Shown: positions 50,551-61,160 of the stretch, piece after piece | How the letters are laid out: the number at the start of each line of letters is the position of its first letter | Position numbering within the stretch: position 1 is the first letter of the stretch | Assembly: GCA_965226885.1 (NCBI GenBank) | Contig: CBDDEL010000016.1 | Coordinates: 736,001 to 800,000, forward strand | Direction of reading: 5' to 3' | Source of the DNA: Opitutales bacterium | Lineage (GTDB): Bacteria; Verrucomicrobiota; Verrucomicrobiia; Opitutales; UBA2987 | DNA: 64,000 nt | Program-made: the position numbers and the translations under genes | The notes under the pieces: generated by a model | What the model saw: the letters and a program-made list of their open reading frames with translations, nothing else | Database searches by the model: none | Told to the model about the DNA's origin: nothing

Positions 50551-51219
50551 ATGACCTTTCCGCCCCGGATTAAAATATGCTGTATCAACAGCGTGCAGGA
50601 AGCCCGTTTGGCAATCCGCTACGGGGCCGATGCCTTGGGCCTGGTCTCACACATGCCGAGCGGTCCAGGGGTAATTTCCGAGGAGTTGATTGCGGAAATC
50701 GCAGGCATCGTGCCACCGGGAGTGGCCTCTTTTCTGCTGACCAGTTTGCAGGATGCGTCTTCAATTATCAGCCAGCATAGGCGCTGCCGCACCAATACGC
50801 TGCAATTGGTTGACCGGCTGGAAGAGGGTAGTTATGAGGATTTGCGTGAGGCTTTGCCGGGAATATCCATCGTGCAGGTGATCCATGTGCGGGGAGAGGA
50901 ATCGGTGGCCGAAGCGCTGGAATCGGCGGCTCACGTCGATGCCCTGCTGCTGGATTCCGGCAACCAATCTTTGAAGATCAAGGAGCTGGGGGGGACCGGG
51001 CGCACCCATAACTGGGATTTGAGCCGTGAAATCTGTCAAAAAACGGAAATCCCGATCTATCTGGCGGGAGGCTTGAATCCGGAAAACGTGGCCGCCGCCA
51101 TCAAACAGGTTCGACCCTTCGGGCTGGACCTCTGCTCGGGAGTGCGCACCAACGGCCATTTGGACGAGGAAAAGCTGGCCGCTTACGTTAGAAATATTCG
51201 CATTTGCGCAAGCAATTAA
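50551..51219 (+). CDS. trpF: Phosphoribosylanthranilate isomerase
   Basis: RIKICCI, GADALG, LLDS..GGTG, LAGGLNPENV and DLCSGV motifs. Confidence 0.85.
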   Translation: MTFPPRIKICCINSVQEARLAIRYGADALGLVSHMPSGPGVISEELIAEIAGIVPPGVASFLLTSLQDASSIISQHRRCRTNTLQLVDRLEEGSYEDLREALPGISIVQVIHVRGEESVAEALESAAHVDALLLDSGNQSLKIKELGGTGRTHNWDLSREICQKTEIPIYLAGGLNPENVAAAIKQVRPFGLDLCSGVRTNGHLDEEKLAAYVRNIRICASN

Positions 51220-51297
51220 AGAAACTGCATTCATCCCAAAGTTTACTTGGTAAAAATATGGGAGTGATATTTGAGATCGGGTTTTTCTTTTTGACTA

Positions 51298-51320
51298 CTT
51301 ATGAGACCTTATGAGACCTT
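51298..51320. repeat. 10-bp tandem duplication
   Basis: CTTATGAGAC x2 followed by CTT. Confidence 0.8.
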
Positions 51321-51378
51321 TAGTAAATAGCATATTTTTAAGCAATATGGCATTATCACTGCTGGTGGATAATGCGAA

Positions 51379-51948
51379 GAGGTCAAGCTGCTGTAAGAAT
51401 CCGGGGCTGACGTAAATATAGCCGATAAAGATGGCGAAATACCGCTGTTTATAGCATCGCAATTTGGCCATGCCGAAGTGGTCAAGCTACTGCTGGAAGC
51501 CAGCGCCGATGTGGATAAAGCGCGTTCAAATGGCGTTACTCCGCTAATTATAGCTTCGTCTCAAGGCCATGGCGAAGTAGTCAAGCTGCTGCTGGAGGCC
51601 AGTGCCGATGTGAATAGAGCCCTTACTAATGGCGAAACTCCGCTATATAAAGCGACGTATCAAGGCCATGGCGAAGTAGTCAAGCTGCTGCTGGAGGCCA
51701 GTGCCGATGTAAATAGAGCCCTTACTAATGGCGAAACTCCGCTATATAGAGCGACGTATCAAGCCCATGCCGAAGTGGTCAAGATGCTGGTGGATGCCGG
51801 GGCCGATGTAAATAAAGCCGATATAAATGGCGCTACTCCACTATTTATAGCGTCGGAGCATGACTGTGGCGAAGCGGTCAAGCTGTTGCTGGATTCCGGG
51901 GCTGACGTGAATAAAGCCCGTTCAAATGGCGTTACTCCGCTATATTTA
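51379..51948 (+). pseudogene. Ankyrin-repeat protein remnant
   Basis: 33-aa repeats (G.TPL..A...GH.EVVKLLL..ADVN); in-frame TAA at 51394; 3' end cut by the IS at 51949. Confidence 0.9.
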
Positions 51949-53765
51949 GAGGCTGTCCCAAAAGGGTGATTTTTGCGAGGGCTTTTGATAGGCGCTCATT
52001 TTAGAGGTATTTGCATTTGGGAGAGTATCAACTTTGCTCTCCTATGACGTTAGGATACTGGTTTTGGGGTCCGGTTGCCTGGTTTTCTTTGTATGAGCCG
52101 ACAGTAAGGCTGTGAAAAAGTATTGTCCTTGCTTTTCCGCTCTCTAGGCCGCCGCTTTGGTTTTTAGTTCGTCTTGCTGGGCCAGCATCTTGGCTACTTT
52201 CCATAGGTTGTGCGAGAGTACCGACCAGGCTACGCTGATCGAGCGGTTGGCAAAGCCTTTGCTGCGCAACCGCCCGGCCTGCCAGCGATTCTTCAATACC
52301 CCGATCCGCCCTTCGGTGCTGGCCCGGCGCTTTTGCAATTGCCTGAACAGTGGTTCCTCCATCCGTTTTTTCAACTGCTTCGGATCGCGTGGACAGAGCG
52401 CGTCGTAGATTCCCTCCTGGGCTAACTGCCGGCGGGCCCGCTGGGAGGCAAATCCCCGGTCCGCGCACATGGCCGCTATGGGTTCTTCCAGGTTGAAGCG
52501 GTTCTGTCTTTGCAAACTCTCTTGCATTTGTTCATTTTCGCTTGGAGTTCGGCTGCCGTAGAGTTTCCAGTCCAGCAGGTACCCTTCAACGCTTTCTCCC
52601 AAAAACAGGGTGTTGCCGAACTCGACCTCTTGGCCCGCTTTACCTCGCACAATCACCTGCCCATCGAGTTCGTAAACACTCAAGACTTTCTCTGCGTTTT
52701 TCACCTGGCGGCCGCCAATGATCCGCTCGTGCGCCTGTTTGATGACCACCGGGATTTGCTCGCTCATGCGCTCCATCCGGGCGAGGATCTGTTGGACCTG
52801 TTTCTCGCTGTAATCGCCTTGCTCCCAGCAGGCTTGCAATAATTCCCGTTGACTGCGGGCATGCTCCCCGATCCGTTTGAGCAGCTTTTTCATCTGCCTC
52901 AAGATACCCTTGCGCTGCCGCGCGCTGTCCTTTCGCCGCCGGCTGTGGGTCATCTGTATGCACAGCCGATTCATCTGCCGAGCCAAGGGCTCCGGTTCGA
53001 TCGGCATGCGATGGCGCAAACCGGCCTTCTCGCGGATCAGCCGGATCGCTTTGAGCAACGTGCCGGCTACATCCTTGAGTAATACCCAGTCCGTCGGCCA
53101 ATGAATGTTAGCCTCCAAACAGGTGCCGTCGATCAGGCAAATGGTGGTGTCAATCGGCTTGTCCAATCCCACCTGCCGGGCCAGAAGGGCATCGCCCACC
53201 ACCTCGGTCAAGGTCCGGTGCAAGGCCCTCAACTGCTCTTCGCTGAAAAACTTCGAGGCCCGCTCCAGGGTGCTTTTGGAGATGCCCCTGATGCCATCGA
53301 TCTGCCGGACACGGCAAAAGTCGGCCAACAGATCGCTGCTGCCCAGAGCCCGCGACAAATGCCGAAACGAAATCCCTCCGAGCAGACGGCCCAGCGTATC
53401 CATGCGCAGTGCCTTGATGGCAAAACTGGCCCGCTGCCGCCGGGCCTTTAGACCCATTGGCGGCCACCCCTCCAAGGCCAGCTCAATGGCCTGCGATTCC
53501 ACCTCCGAGTCGATCAGCAGCCGATCGATTCGATCAATGGTGGCGCGGAAGTTATCGTAATCGAGGCACCGGTCGACCACAGTTAAAGCTGGACGCAGGA
53601 GGCATTGGATGGCTATATTTTTCATAGAAAGGGCTATATTGATTTTCGCTAACTCAATTATAGAACCCTTTTTTGGCCGGATCGAGCAAAAACTTGCTCT
53701 TTCCGGCTCTTTTTATCAACGTCATCCAGTTGACTATAAAATCTTTATATTTTTGGGACAGCCTC
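51949..53765 (-). mobile_element. IS element type A, copy 3 (inverted)
   Basis: Same IRs; flanks are TATATTTA and TAGCCTA. Confidence 0.93.
52144..53625 (-). CDS. DDE transposase, intact
   Basis: 493 aa, near-identical to 14211-15692. Confidence 0.92.
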   Translation of the reverse strand: MKNIAIQCLLRPALTVVDRCLDYDNFRATIDRIDRLLIDSEVESQAIELALEGWPPMGLKARRQRASFAIKALRMDTLGRLLGGISFRHLSRALGSSDLLADFCRVRQIDGIRGISKSTLERASKFFSEEQLRALHRTLTEVVGDALLARQVGLDKPIDTTICLIDGTCLEANIHWPTDWVLLKDVAGTLLKAIRLIREKAGLRHRMPIEPEPLARQMNRLCIQMTHSRRRKDSARQRKGILRQMKKLLKRIGEHARSQRELLQACWEQGDYSEKQVQQILARMERMSEQIPVVIKQAHERIIGGRQVKNAEKVLSVYELDGQVIVRGKAGQEVEFGNTLFLGESVEGYLLDWKLYGSRTPSENEQMQESLQRQNRFNLEEPIAAMCADRGFASQRARRQLAQEGIYDALCPRDPKQLKKRMEEPLFRQLQKRRASTEGRIGVLKNRWQAGRLRSKGFANRSISVAWSVLSHNLWKVAKMLAQQDELKTKAAA

Positions 53766-55378
53766 TAGCCTACTTTGCGGGCTGCTTCGGTCAGAGCTTT
53801 GAGCCCGGCATTGTCCGAGATGAGAGATCGTATTTCCTCGGTCACAAGGACCAATTCGTGAAAGGCGACACGCCCGCGGTAACCGGTGTCCCGGCAGTCC
53901 TTGCAGCCGCGGCCCTGATAAAGAGGCACTTCGCAACCCTCGATATCGTAAAAAAACCGCCCCAACAACTCCGCCGAGGGCATAAAGGACTCCTTGCATT
54001 TATCGCAAATGCGGGCCGCCAGGCGCGGGCCCAGCACGCCCAGAATGCAAGGCGCCACCATGTAGGCGGGTATCCCGATTTCCACCAGCCGGATAATAGC
54101 CTGAATGGCGTTGTTGGTATGCAGGGTGGACATTACGAGATGGCCGGTGAGGGCCGCCTCGGTGGCGATTTTGGCCGTTTCGAGGTCACGGATTTCCCCC
54201 ATCAGGATAACGTCCGGGTCCTGCCTCAGAAGGGAGCGCAGCAAAATGGCGAAATTCAGGTCGATATGGCTGTTGACTTGTGACTGGACAAGCCCTTCCA
54301 GACGCATTTCGACCGGGTCCTCGATGGTGCAAATATTGACATTGGGACCATTGATATGCTGCAAAGCGGCATACAAGGTAGTGGTTTTACCCGATCCCGT
54401 AGGTCCGGTAACGAAGATGATACCGTTGGGGCTTCTGGTCAGTTTTTTAAAGGGAATGAGGACACTTTGCGAAATGAGCATTTGGTCCAGGGTGAGAAAA
54501 TCTTTCTTGCCGGAAGGAGTGAGGATGCGAATGACAATTTTTTCGCCGTCGATTGTGGGAATGAAGGACACCCGAAAGCTCACCTTGTTGGTTCCCAGGG
54601 AGATGGTAAAACGGCCGTCCTGAGGAAACCTGGTTTCGGAGATATTCACCCCGCAGAGGATTTTCGCCCGCACCGTAAGGGCTTTTAAAATACTTTTGGA
54701 AAAATGAAGAACTTCCCGCAGACGGCCGTCGATGCGCAGCCGGATGCGGGTAGTTTCCTCTTGCGGCTCCATATGAATATCCGAAGTCCGCTCCTTGATG
54801 GCCAGGTAGAGCAGAGAGTTGAAGATTTTTATGATCGACCTGGACTCGCCCATGTTGGCCAAATCGTCGGGGCTCAGTTCCGATACAAGCAAACCCTCCG
54901 TTTTTTCCAAAGCGACAATCGAATCCTGAATGCTGACCTCGCTCGAATAATGCACCTCGATGGCATCCCGGATTTGGCAAGGCAGGGCAAAAACCGGGCT
55001 GATCTGTAAACCGCTGATGCCCTCCAAACGGCGCATGGTCGATTCATTGAAAGGGTCCGACATGGCCACCGTGAGATGCGCATCGATTCGGTAAAGAGGA
55101 AGGACTCCGGTTTTTAAAGCTATATTGTGCGGAATTTTTTCCAGGGCCTCAGGCATGACCAGGCTGGAAATGGGATCCACGTAGGCCAGGGACAGAGAAT
55201 CGGCCCATAGTTTACAGCCCGCGGAGTGGGAAATCAGATCCTCCCGGATAAGAGCTTCCACAAAATCAGCCGACGCGCTATCGTAGCGAATGGCCAGGCG
55301 CTCGTAATCTTCGGGTTGAATCTGGATTTTGTTCGCCTGCAGAATCGACAGAAATTTATCCTCGACTATTGTTTCCAC
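53766..55378 (-). pseudogene. GspE/PilB-family secretion ATPase, 3'-truncated
   Basis: SDIH, PQDGR, GPTGSGKTTTLY, LRQDPD, ALTGHLV and CxxC pairs. It stops at a TAG created by the IS junction; the missing 32 aa lie at 29942-30037. Confidence 0.9.
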
Positions 55379-55577
55379 GGGACCTCCTGCGATTTTTCTT
55401 CAAGATTCCAATCATTTCAGCCTGAATTTCAGCCTGATCGACCAGTTCGCGGGCCAGGATGGAGTTCTGCCTCTCTTCTTCCACCTCGGCGAGAAGTTCC
55501 GGGAGGGAATACTTGACCTCGTTAATGACCGGTGAAGATTTCGGCTTTTTCTCCGTGCCTGGCATATTTTCGGGCAT
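55356..55577 (-). CDS. Small hypothetical protein upstream of pilB/gspE
   Basis: 73-aa ORF between the receiver gene and the ATPase, on the same strand; contains an in-frame 12-bp duplication (55414-55437). Confidence 0.55.
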   Translation of the reverse strand: MPENMPGTEKKPKSSPVINEVKYSLPELLAEVEEERQNSILARELVDQAEIQAEMIGILKKNRRRSRGNNSRG

Positions 55578-55611
55578 GATAGATAATGTTCAAATACCGC
55601 CGCCCTACCCC

Positions 55612-57321
55612 TTAAACCAGATTGAGTTCCTCAAAAGTCTCGATAATGAGGCGGGATATATCCTCTTTGGGGGTATCTTTGCGGAAATATTGCACCGCCC
55701 CATTGTCAGCGCTCTGCTCAACCGATTGCCGGGAAGCGATCGAAGTCATCATAATGACAACCGCATCGGGATCAAAATCGGTAATTTTTCCCAGTGCTTC
55801 AAGCCCGTCCATACCGGGCATGTTGATATCCATCAACACCAGTTCGGGCCTCTCTTGCTTATAGCACTCGATACCTTCAATTCCATTGGCTGCCTCCAAA
55901 ACCGTCTCCACCCCAAGTTCGGTCAAAATTGACGTGTACTGGATTTGTTGGACACGGGATTCTCTTATATTCATTGTTTATTGATTAGTGTGTCAGGCGG
56001 CTTGTTTTGGTAAAGGGTTTTGTTTTCTCGTTGCCCCCCATGGGGGGCAAATATTTTCCTCGAATTGGACTGGGCTTTGGTAACTCAGAGAGGAATGTTT
56101 GCGATATCGGTTGTAGAAGATTTCCACGTATTCGAAGACAGTTGATCGCAGTTCGCGCTCGTCGGCAAAGTGGCGGCCTCGAATCGTGCTGGTCTTGAAG
56201 CGGCCGTAGAACGATTCCATGGCCGCGTTGTCGTAGCAGTTGCCTTGGGCGCTCATGCTCGGCTTCATGCCTAGTTCAGAGACCAGCCTCTGATAGTCGT
56301 CGCTGGCGTAGGGGCTGCCCCGATCGCTGTGATGAATAATCCTGGTGCGCAGTGTGCCGCGGGTCATGGCCGCGGCTTTGAGGGCCTTGCCAACCAGCTT
56401 CGCGTCGTTGTGGTTGGAAACGCTCCAGCCCAGCAGGCGTCGGCTGAACAGGTCCATCACCGTGGCCAAGTACATCCAACCGGCCAGGGTCCGTAGGTAG
56501 GTCGTGTCCGCCACCCAGACCTCGTCGATATGGGTCGGCTGGCCATGCTTTTTAAGCACATTGGGGCTGTAACCATAGGGATGGTTACTGTTGGTTTTTA
56601 ATGGCTTAAAGCGTTTACTCTGGGTGCTTTTGATTCCCATTTCACGCATCAGACGCAGAGCCCGGTCACGGCCGCAATCGATGCCCTCATCATCCTTCAG
56701 ATGGCGGTGCATTGGCCGATGCCCATAGCGGCCCTTGGCCTCTTTGTGTACCTTCAGGATCGCCCCCTTGATTCCCTCGTCCTCGATCCGCCGGGCCGAG
56801 GGCGCTCGGTGCCTCCAGCAGTAATAGCCACTGCGACAAATCCCCATCGCCGAGCATATTTCCTCGATCTTGAAGCGCCCCTCGTTGTCTTTGACAAACT
56901 GGTACTTCATTGTTCGTCCTTGGCAAAGTAGCCCACCGTTTTTTTTAGTATCTGGTTGATCCGCTCCGAGCGGCGCAGCTCTTTGCGAAGACGATCTATC
57001 TCGGCCGCCATCTCCTTCGGACTGCTCTGTCGCTTTGAGGTGGCTTCGCCCTGCTGATCGTCCAGATAGAGCCTCTTCCACCTATACAATTGGTTGGTGT
57101 TGACCCCAAGTTTGGTCGATACCTCGGTGGCGCTCAGACCATCGAGTATCATCAGTTGAACTGCCTCATTTCTGAACTCTATACTAAAGCGTCTTCTTCC
57201 CATGCTTCGATTCTCCATTTAGGAGAATCTCGTGTCCACTTTTTCCAGTGCACATCAACTTCAGGTAGAGGCGCATGTGAGCCTCATCATCCACGATCAA
57301 TGCATTTTTAAGCGCTATCAT
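55612..57321 (-). pseudogene. Single-domain response regulator interrupted by IS3
   Basis: 57321-57258 encodes MIALKNALIVDDEAHMRLYLK; 55929-55612 encodes ILTELG..LVLMDINMPGMDG.. Confidence 0.88.
55930..57257 (-). mobile_element. IS3-family element type C, copy 2 (OrfA 56907-57218, OrfB 55993-56910)
   Basis: 1328 bp, near-identical to 43223-44550. Confidence 0.93.
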
Positions 57322-57531
57322 AATCTTTCTGTTTTTTAACGGTGCTAGCCAAACAACTCCTCGCCACCTTTTTATCGGACACCATTATGGCAAATTAAAT
57401 GGCATTTGTCCTTCCCGTGGGCCTGGGCAGAAACTCAGTCCGGCTAACCAATGATGGTTGCAGTTTGTTCAGAGAACCGTTTTGATGAAAACCCGGCCTA
57501 GAGAATTACTAAAATTGGGAGAAAGATACAG

Positions 57532-58440
57532 ATGGACATAGCACGGGAGCAAATAGATGAGGAATTTGAGCGCCAGGAGGATGAATTTCGGGACTGGGTT
57601 TCGTCCGACGGGAAGTCCGGCTGCCTCCCAGAAGCGGACCGCTACCATTTGTATGTTTCCTTGGCTTGCCCCTGGGCCCACCGGACAATCATCGTGCGAA
57701 AGCTCAAGAGGCTGGAAAATATTATCGGAATGACGGTGGTTGATCCGGTCCGGGATGAAAGTGGCTGGCGATTCGGAACAGGTCCGGGATTTTCAGAGGA
57801 TACTGTCAATGGTTTCCGATTCCTCATGGAGGCTTACCGGGCGACGAATCCGAACTTCAACGGACGGGCAACTGTCCCGGTGCTCTGGGATAAAAAAGAA
57901 AAACGGATCGTCAACAACTCGGAGGACGATATCTCAAAGATGTTCAATGATTCATTCAACGCTTTCACGGATAGAAATCTGGACCTGTTTCCAGCCGAAT
58001 TTGAGCATGAAATGAAGTCTTTGGCCGATTTAATTTATGAAAACGTGAACAATGGAGTCTATCGGGCGGGATTTGCGGGCAGTCAAAAGGTTTACCAGGA
58101 GTGGGCGCAAAAACTGTTTGCAACGCTCGATTTATTGGAAAAACACCTGGAAAATAAAAGGTACCTCCTGGGAGATCGTATAACAGAAACGGACTGGCGT
58201 CTTTTTTGCACCTTAATCCGATTCGACGCTGTTTACTATGTGCATTTCAAGTGCAATGTGCGCCGAATTGTGGATTACCCAAACCTTTGGAACTACCTGC
58301 GAAACCTTTACCACCACGACGGGATTGCCCAAACTGTTAATTTAGATCACATCAAACGTCACTACTACATCACCCACCAGGATATAAACCCAACCCAGTT
58401 TGTGCCCATCGGCTCAGACATTGATTTCGAAAAATCCTGA
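57532..58440 (+). CDS. Glutathionyl-hydroquinone reductase (YqjG/ECM4-type GST)
   Basis: RYHLYVSLACPWAHRT, TVPVLWD, NNGVY, RFDAVY..HFKCN and HIKRHYY motifs. Confidence 0.9.
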   Translation: MDIAREQIDEEFERQEDEFRDWVSSDGKSGCLPEADRYHLYVSLACPWAHRTIIVRKLKRLENIIGMTVVDPVRDESGWRFGTGPGFSEDTVNGFRFLMEAYRATNPNFNGRATVPVLWDKKEKRIVNNSEDDISKMFNDSFNAFTDRNLDLFPAEFEHEMKSLADLIYENVNNGVYRAGFAGSQKVYQEWAQKLFATLDLLEKHLENKRYLLGDRITETDWRLFCTLIRFDAVYYVHFKCNVRRIVDYPNLWNYLRNLYHHDGIAQTVNLDHIKRHYYITHQDINPTQFVPIGSDIDFEKS

Positions 58441-58533
58441 AGCGGTCATGACAATCTTTATGATATTAGGTGGGCTTCCGAAGGGTTTGTTCGTTTAATT
58501 CGGTTTTCTGTTTATTATCAAGCGATTGATTAC

Positions 58534-59922
58534 TTAATTCGGAGATAAGAGTTTTTTTAAAAAAGTCATCCCTTGCTCGGTTGTTTCGATAACGCCGTCC
58601 AGTTGCGCTTCATAACAGGCTTCCAGGAGGGATTTGAATTGAGGACCGGGGGTCATACCCATTTCAATCAAATGCCTTCCCATGAGAATAGGTTTGGGCG
58701 CGGCGTCTTTGACCGTCAGCGCTTCAGCCCGGTCCAGCAACCAGTCCAGAGAAGCTGTATCGGGTTCCGGCAGTGGAGGCCGTCCCCGCATGTCCGCCCG
58801 AACCACCCGCGCCAGGCGATCGATTCGTTTTACAGAGCGAGCCAGCCTGCGCACGGCGGAATCACCAGCCCCGGCTTTGAAAAGTTCCATCGGCCGCATG
58901 TGCGCCCTCACCAGCGGAGCTACTTCCTCAAGCAGGTCTTTATGCCGGGTCAATCGGGAAAGAAAGCCCCTGGTAATGCCCTCGCCTTCCACATCGTGGC
59001 CCGGAGAGCGGATGCGGCCGTCATCTCCGGCAACCGATGTCGCCGGTTTGCCCAGATCGTGGCAGAGGATGGCCAGCCCAATCACCAGGTCTTCCCATTC
59101 CACTCCGGTTCTATCTGCGGCAAAAGCATCCAGGCAATACAGGGTATGTATCCAGACATCGCCTTCGGGATGCCAAAGCGGGTCCTGCGGGCAGCCGTCG
59201 AGAGCATTCAGTTCGGGAAAATAGGCGAGCCATCCGCATTCCTTTAAAAAATTCAGACCAACAGACGGCTTTTTCCCTTTCAAAATTAATTTTTTCCATT
59301 CCTCGAAAATCCGTTCCGGGGAGAGGTCTTCCATGCCGATACCGCGGCAAAGTTCAATCGTCTCCGCTGCCACCCGCAATTCATAGCGGGCGGCCAGTTG
59401 CATGGCCCGTAAAACGCGCAAGGGATCCTCGGAAAATTTTATTCCGACATGCTTCAATTTTCCTTTTTCAAGATCGGCCCGTCCGCCAAAAGGATCGATG
59501 ATTTCATTGCTTAGAAGGTCCCAGGAAATGGCATTGATGGTAAAATCCCGGCGGGAAGCGGCCTCGCGCATGGATAAATCGGGGGCTTCCTCAATAGCGA
59601 ACCCCCGATGCCCTTCGGCTATTTTCGTTTCCCGGCGAGGTAGCGATACATCCACCGGAAAGCCCTGTATTTTGAAAACGCCGAAGGCCCTTCCCACCCA
59701 GTCCAGGGAAAATTCCCTTGAAAGCGCTTTTTTGAGGCGTTGAGCGGACAAACCGAAAACTTCGATATCCGCATCGACCACCGGAACATCCAGGAAGGCA
59801 TCGCGCACACAGCCACCCACCAATAGGGCGCGCCCACCCGCCCCTGCAACCAAATGAAAGATTTTTCGGCAAACAAAATCCAGCTCTTCGGGCAGAGGAT
59901 GCGGTTTTTCAGGCATTGGCAT
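58534..59922 (-). CDS. cca: CCA tRNA nucleotidyltransferase with HD domain
   Basis: VGGCVRD, DADIE, RRDFTINA, EDPLRVLR, HPEGDV and CHDLGK motifs. Confidence 0.9.
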   Translation of the reverse strand: MPMPEKPHPLPEELDFVCRKIFHLVAGAGGRALLVGGCVRDAFLDVPVVDADIEVFGLSAQRLKKALSREFSLDWVGRAFGVFKIQGFPVDVSLPRRETKIAEGHRGFAIEEAPDLSMREAASRRDFTINAISWDLLSNEIIDPFGGRADLEKGKLKHVGIKFSEDPLRVLRAMQLAARYELRVAAETIELCRGIGMEDLSPERIFEEWKKLILKGKKPSVGLNFLKECGWLAYFPELNALDGCPQDPLWHPEGDVWIHTLYCLDAFAADRTGVEWEDLVIGLAILCHDLGKPATSVAGDDGRIRSPGHDVEGEGITRGFLSRLTRHKDLLEEVAPLVRAHMRPMELFKAGAGDSAVRRLARSVKRIDRLARVVRADMRGRPPLPEPDTASLDWLLDRAEALTVKDAAPKPILMGRHLIEMGMTPGPQFKSLLEACYEAQLDGVIETTEQGMTFLKKLLSPN

Positions 59923-59944
59923 GACGAAACCGGTTCAAACGCGC

Positions 59945-60556
59945 TCAGGCGAAAAAAGTTTCCTCAAGCATCAAAGCGAGGCAATGATAAACGGGCAGGT
60001 GACATTCCTGCACCCGGTAAACCTCGGTTTCGGGAACGCGGATGCAAATATCCGCATTTTGCATAAGGGAACCTCCGCTCTGGCCGGTCAATCCGATTAC
60101 AGTCAAGCCTTTGGCCCGAGCGACTTCCGCCGCTTTGAGAATATTCATTGAATTTCCGGATGTGCTGATGCAAAGAAGCGCATCGCATTCGTCCCCTAGC
60201 CCCCAGACCAGTTGGGCGAATCCCAGAAGCGCGTCGCAGTCGTTGGCAAAAGCAGTCAGTAAACTATCGAATGCGGGCAGGGGAATGACTGGCAAGGCGC
60301 CCTCTAATCTGGAGGCCAATTGCGGACCAAGACGGCGGCGCCATTCCTCGTCCAGAGGCCGGTTATGGGCAAAGCCTTTGAGCAATTCGGCAGAAATGTG
60401 GGCGCAATCGGCGGCGCTCCCGCCATTGCCGCAAAGAAGCAGCTTGCCACCGCCGGCAAAAACGGTGCTGAGGGCTTCATGAGCCGCCGACAGGTCCTCC
60501 CGGCAGACCATCAAGGCTGGATAACGTTTCAATAAAGATTCCAGAAACACACTCAT
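59945..60556 (-). CDS. gmhA: SIS-domain phosphoheptose isomerase
   Basis: CGNGGSAAD..H, ISTSGNS and QECH motifs. Confidence 0.85.
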   Translation of the reverse strand: MSVFLESLLKRYPALMVCREDLSAAHEALSTVFAGGGKLLLCGNGGSAADCAHISAELLKGFAHNRPLDEEWRRRLGPQLASRLEGALPVIPLPAFDSLLTAFANDCDALLGFAQLVWGLGDECDALLCISTSGNSMNILKAAEVARAKGLTVIGLTGQSGGSLMQNADICIRVPETEVYRVQECHLPVYHCLALMLEETFFA

Positions 60557-60788
60557 TCTCTTAATACAATGGGCACAATAAAGAGAAAAGGACGGGCGGG
60601 AACAATAAAATTAAATGCTCGCGGGGTTGCCGAATACCAAGAGTAAAGATACCTTCCAAAATCGTAAAGTCTTGACCTTGTGGCGGAAATGAATATATAT
60701 GAACCACCATCCGTCGATGGGAAAATAATTGAAAGAGATTCACCAATGAGATTTATGATTACCTCAAATTCGGACAATATTTTCTGAA

Positions 60789-61160
60789 ATGGGCAAAATT
60801 CTCATAATCGACGATGATTTGGCTATGTGCGACATGCTCAAAATGGCCCTCGGAAATGAAGGCCATAAAGTGGTTGCAAAGCAAAACGGGGAAGAGGCGG
60901 TGGCCCACTATTGCGAAGAGCCAGCCGACCTCATCATCACAGACATTTTCATGCCCTTAAAAGATGGCATCGAAATCATCCTGGAATTGCAGGGCCGGTT
61001 CTCGAATTTGAAAATAATCGTTATTTCCGGCGGGGGCGCCACAGGTGTGGGAACATCGGACGTATTTGTCGCGGCCAAGGAATTTGGGGCCAATTATACC
61101 TTTAAAAAACCCTTTAAAATCGAGGATATGATGAAAGCGGTGCGAAATTTGCTAAATTGA
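60789..61160 (+). CDS. Single-domain response regulator
   Basis: IIDDD, ITDIFMP..DG, ISGG and KPF motifs. Confidence 0.9.
   Translation: MGKILIIDDDLAMCDMLKMALGNEGHKVVAKQNGEEAVAHYCEEPADLIITDIFMPLKDGIEIILELQGRFSNLKIIVISGGGATGVGTSDVFVAAKEFGANYTFKKPFKIEDMMKAVRNLLN

Noticed and set aside
55930..55974. N-terminus of ORF 55612-55974
   Set aside because: Derived from the IS end; the real N-terminus is at 57258-57321.
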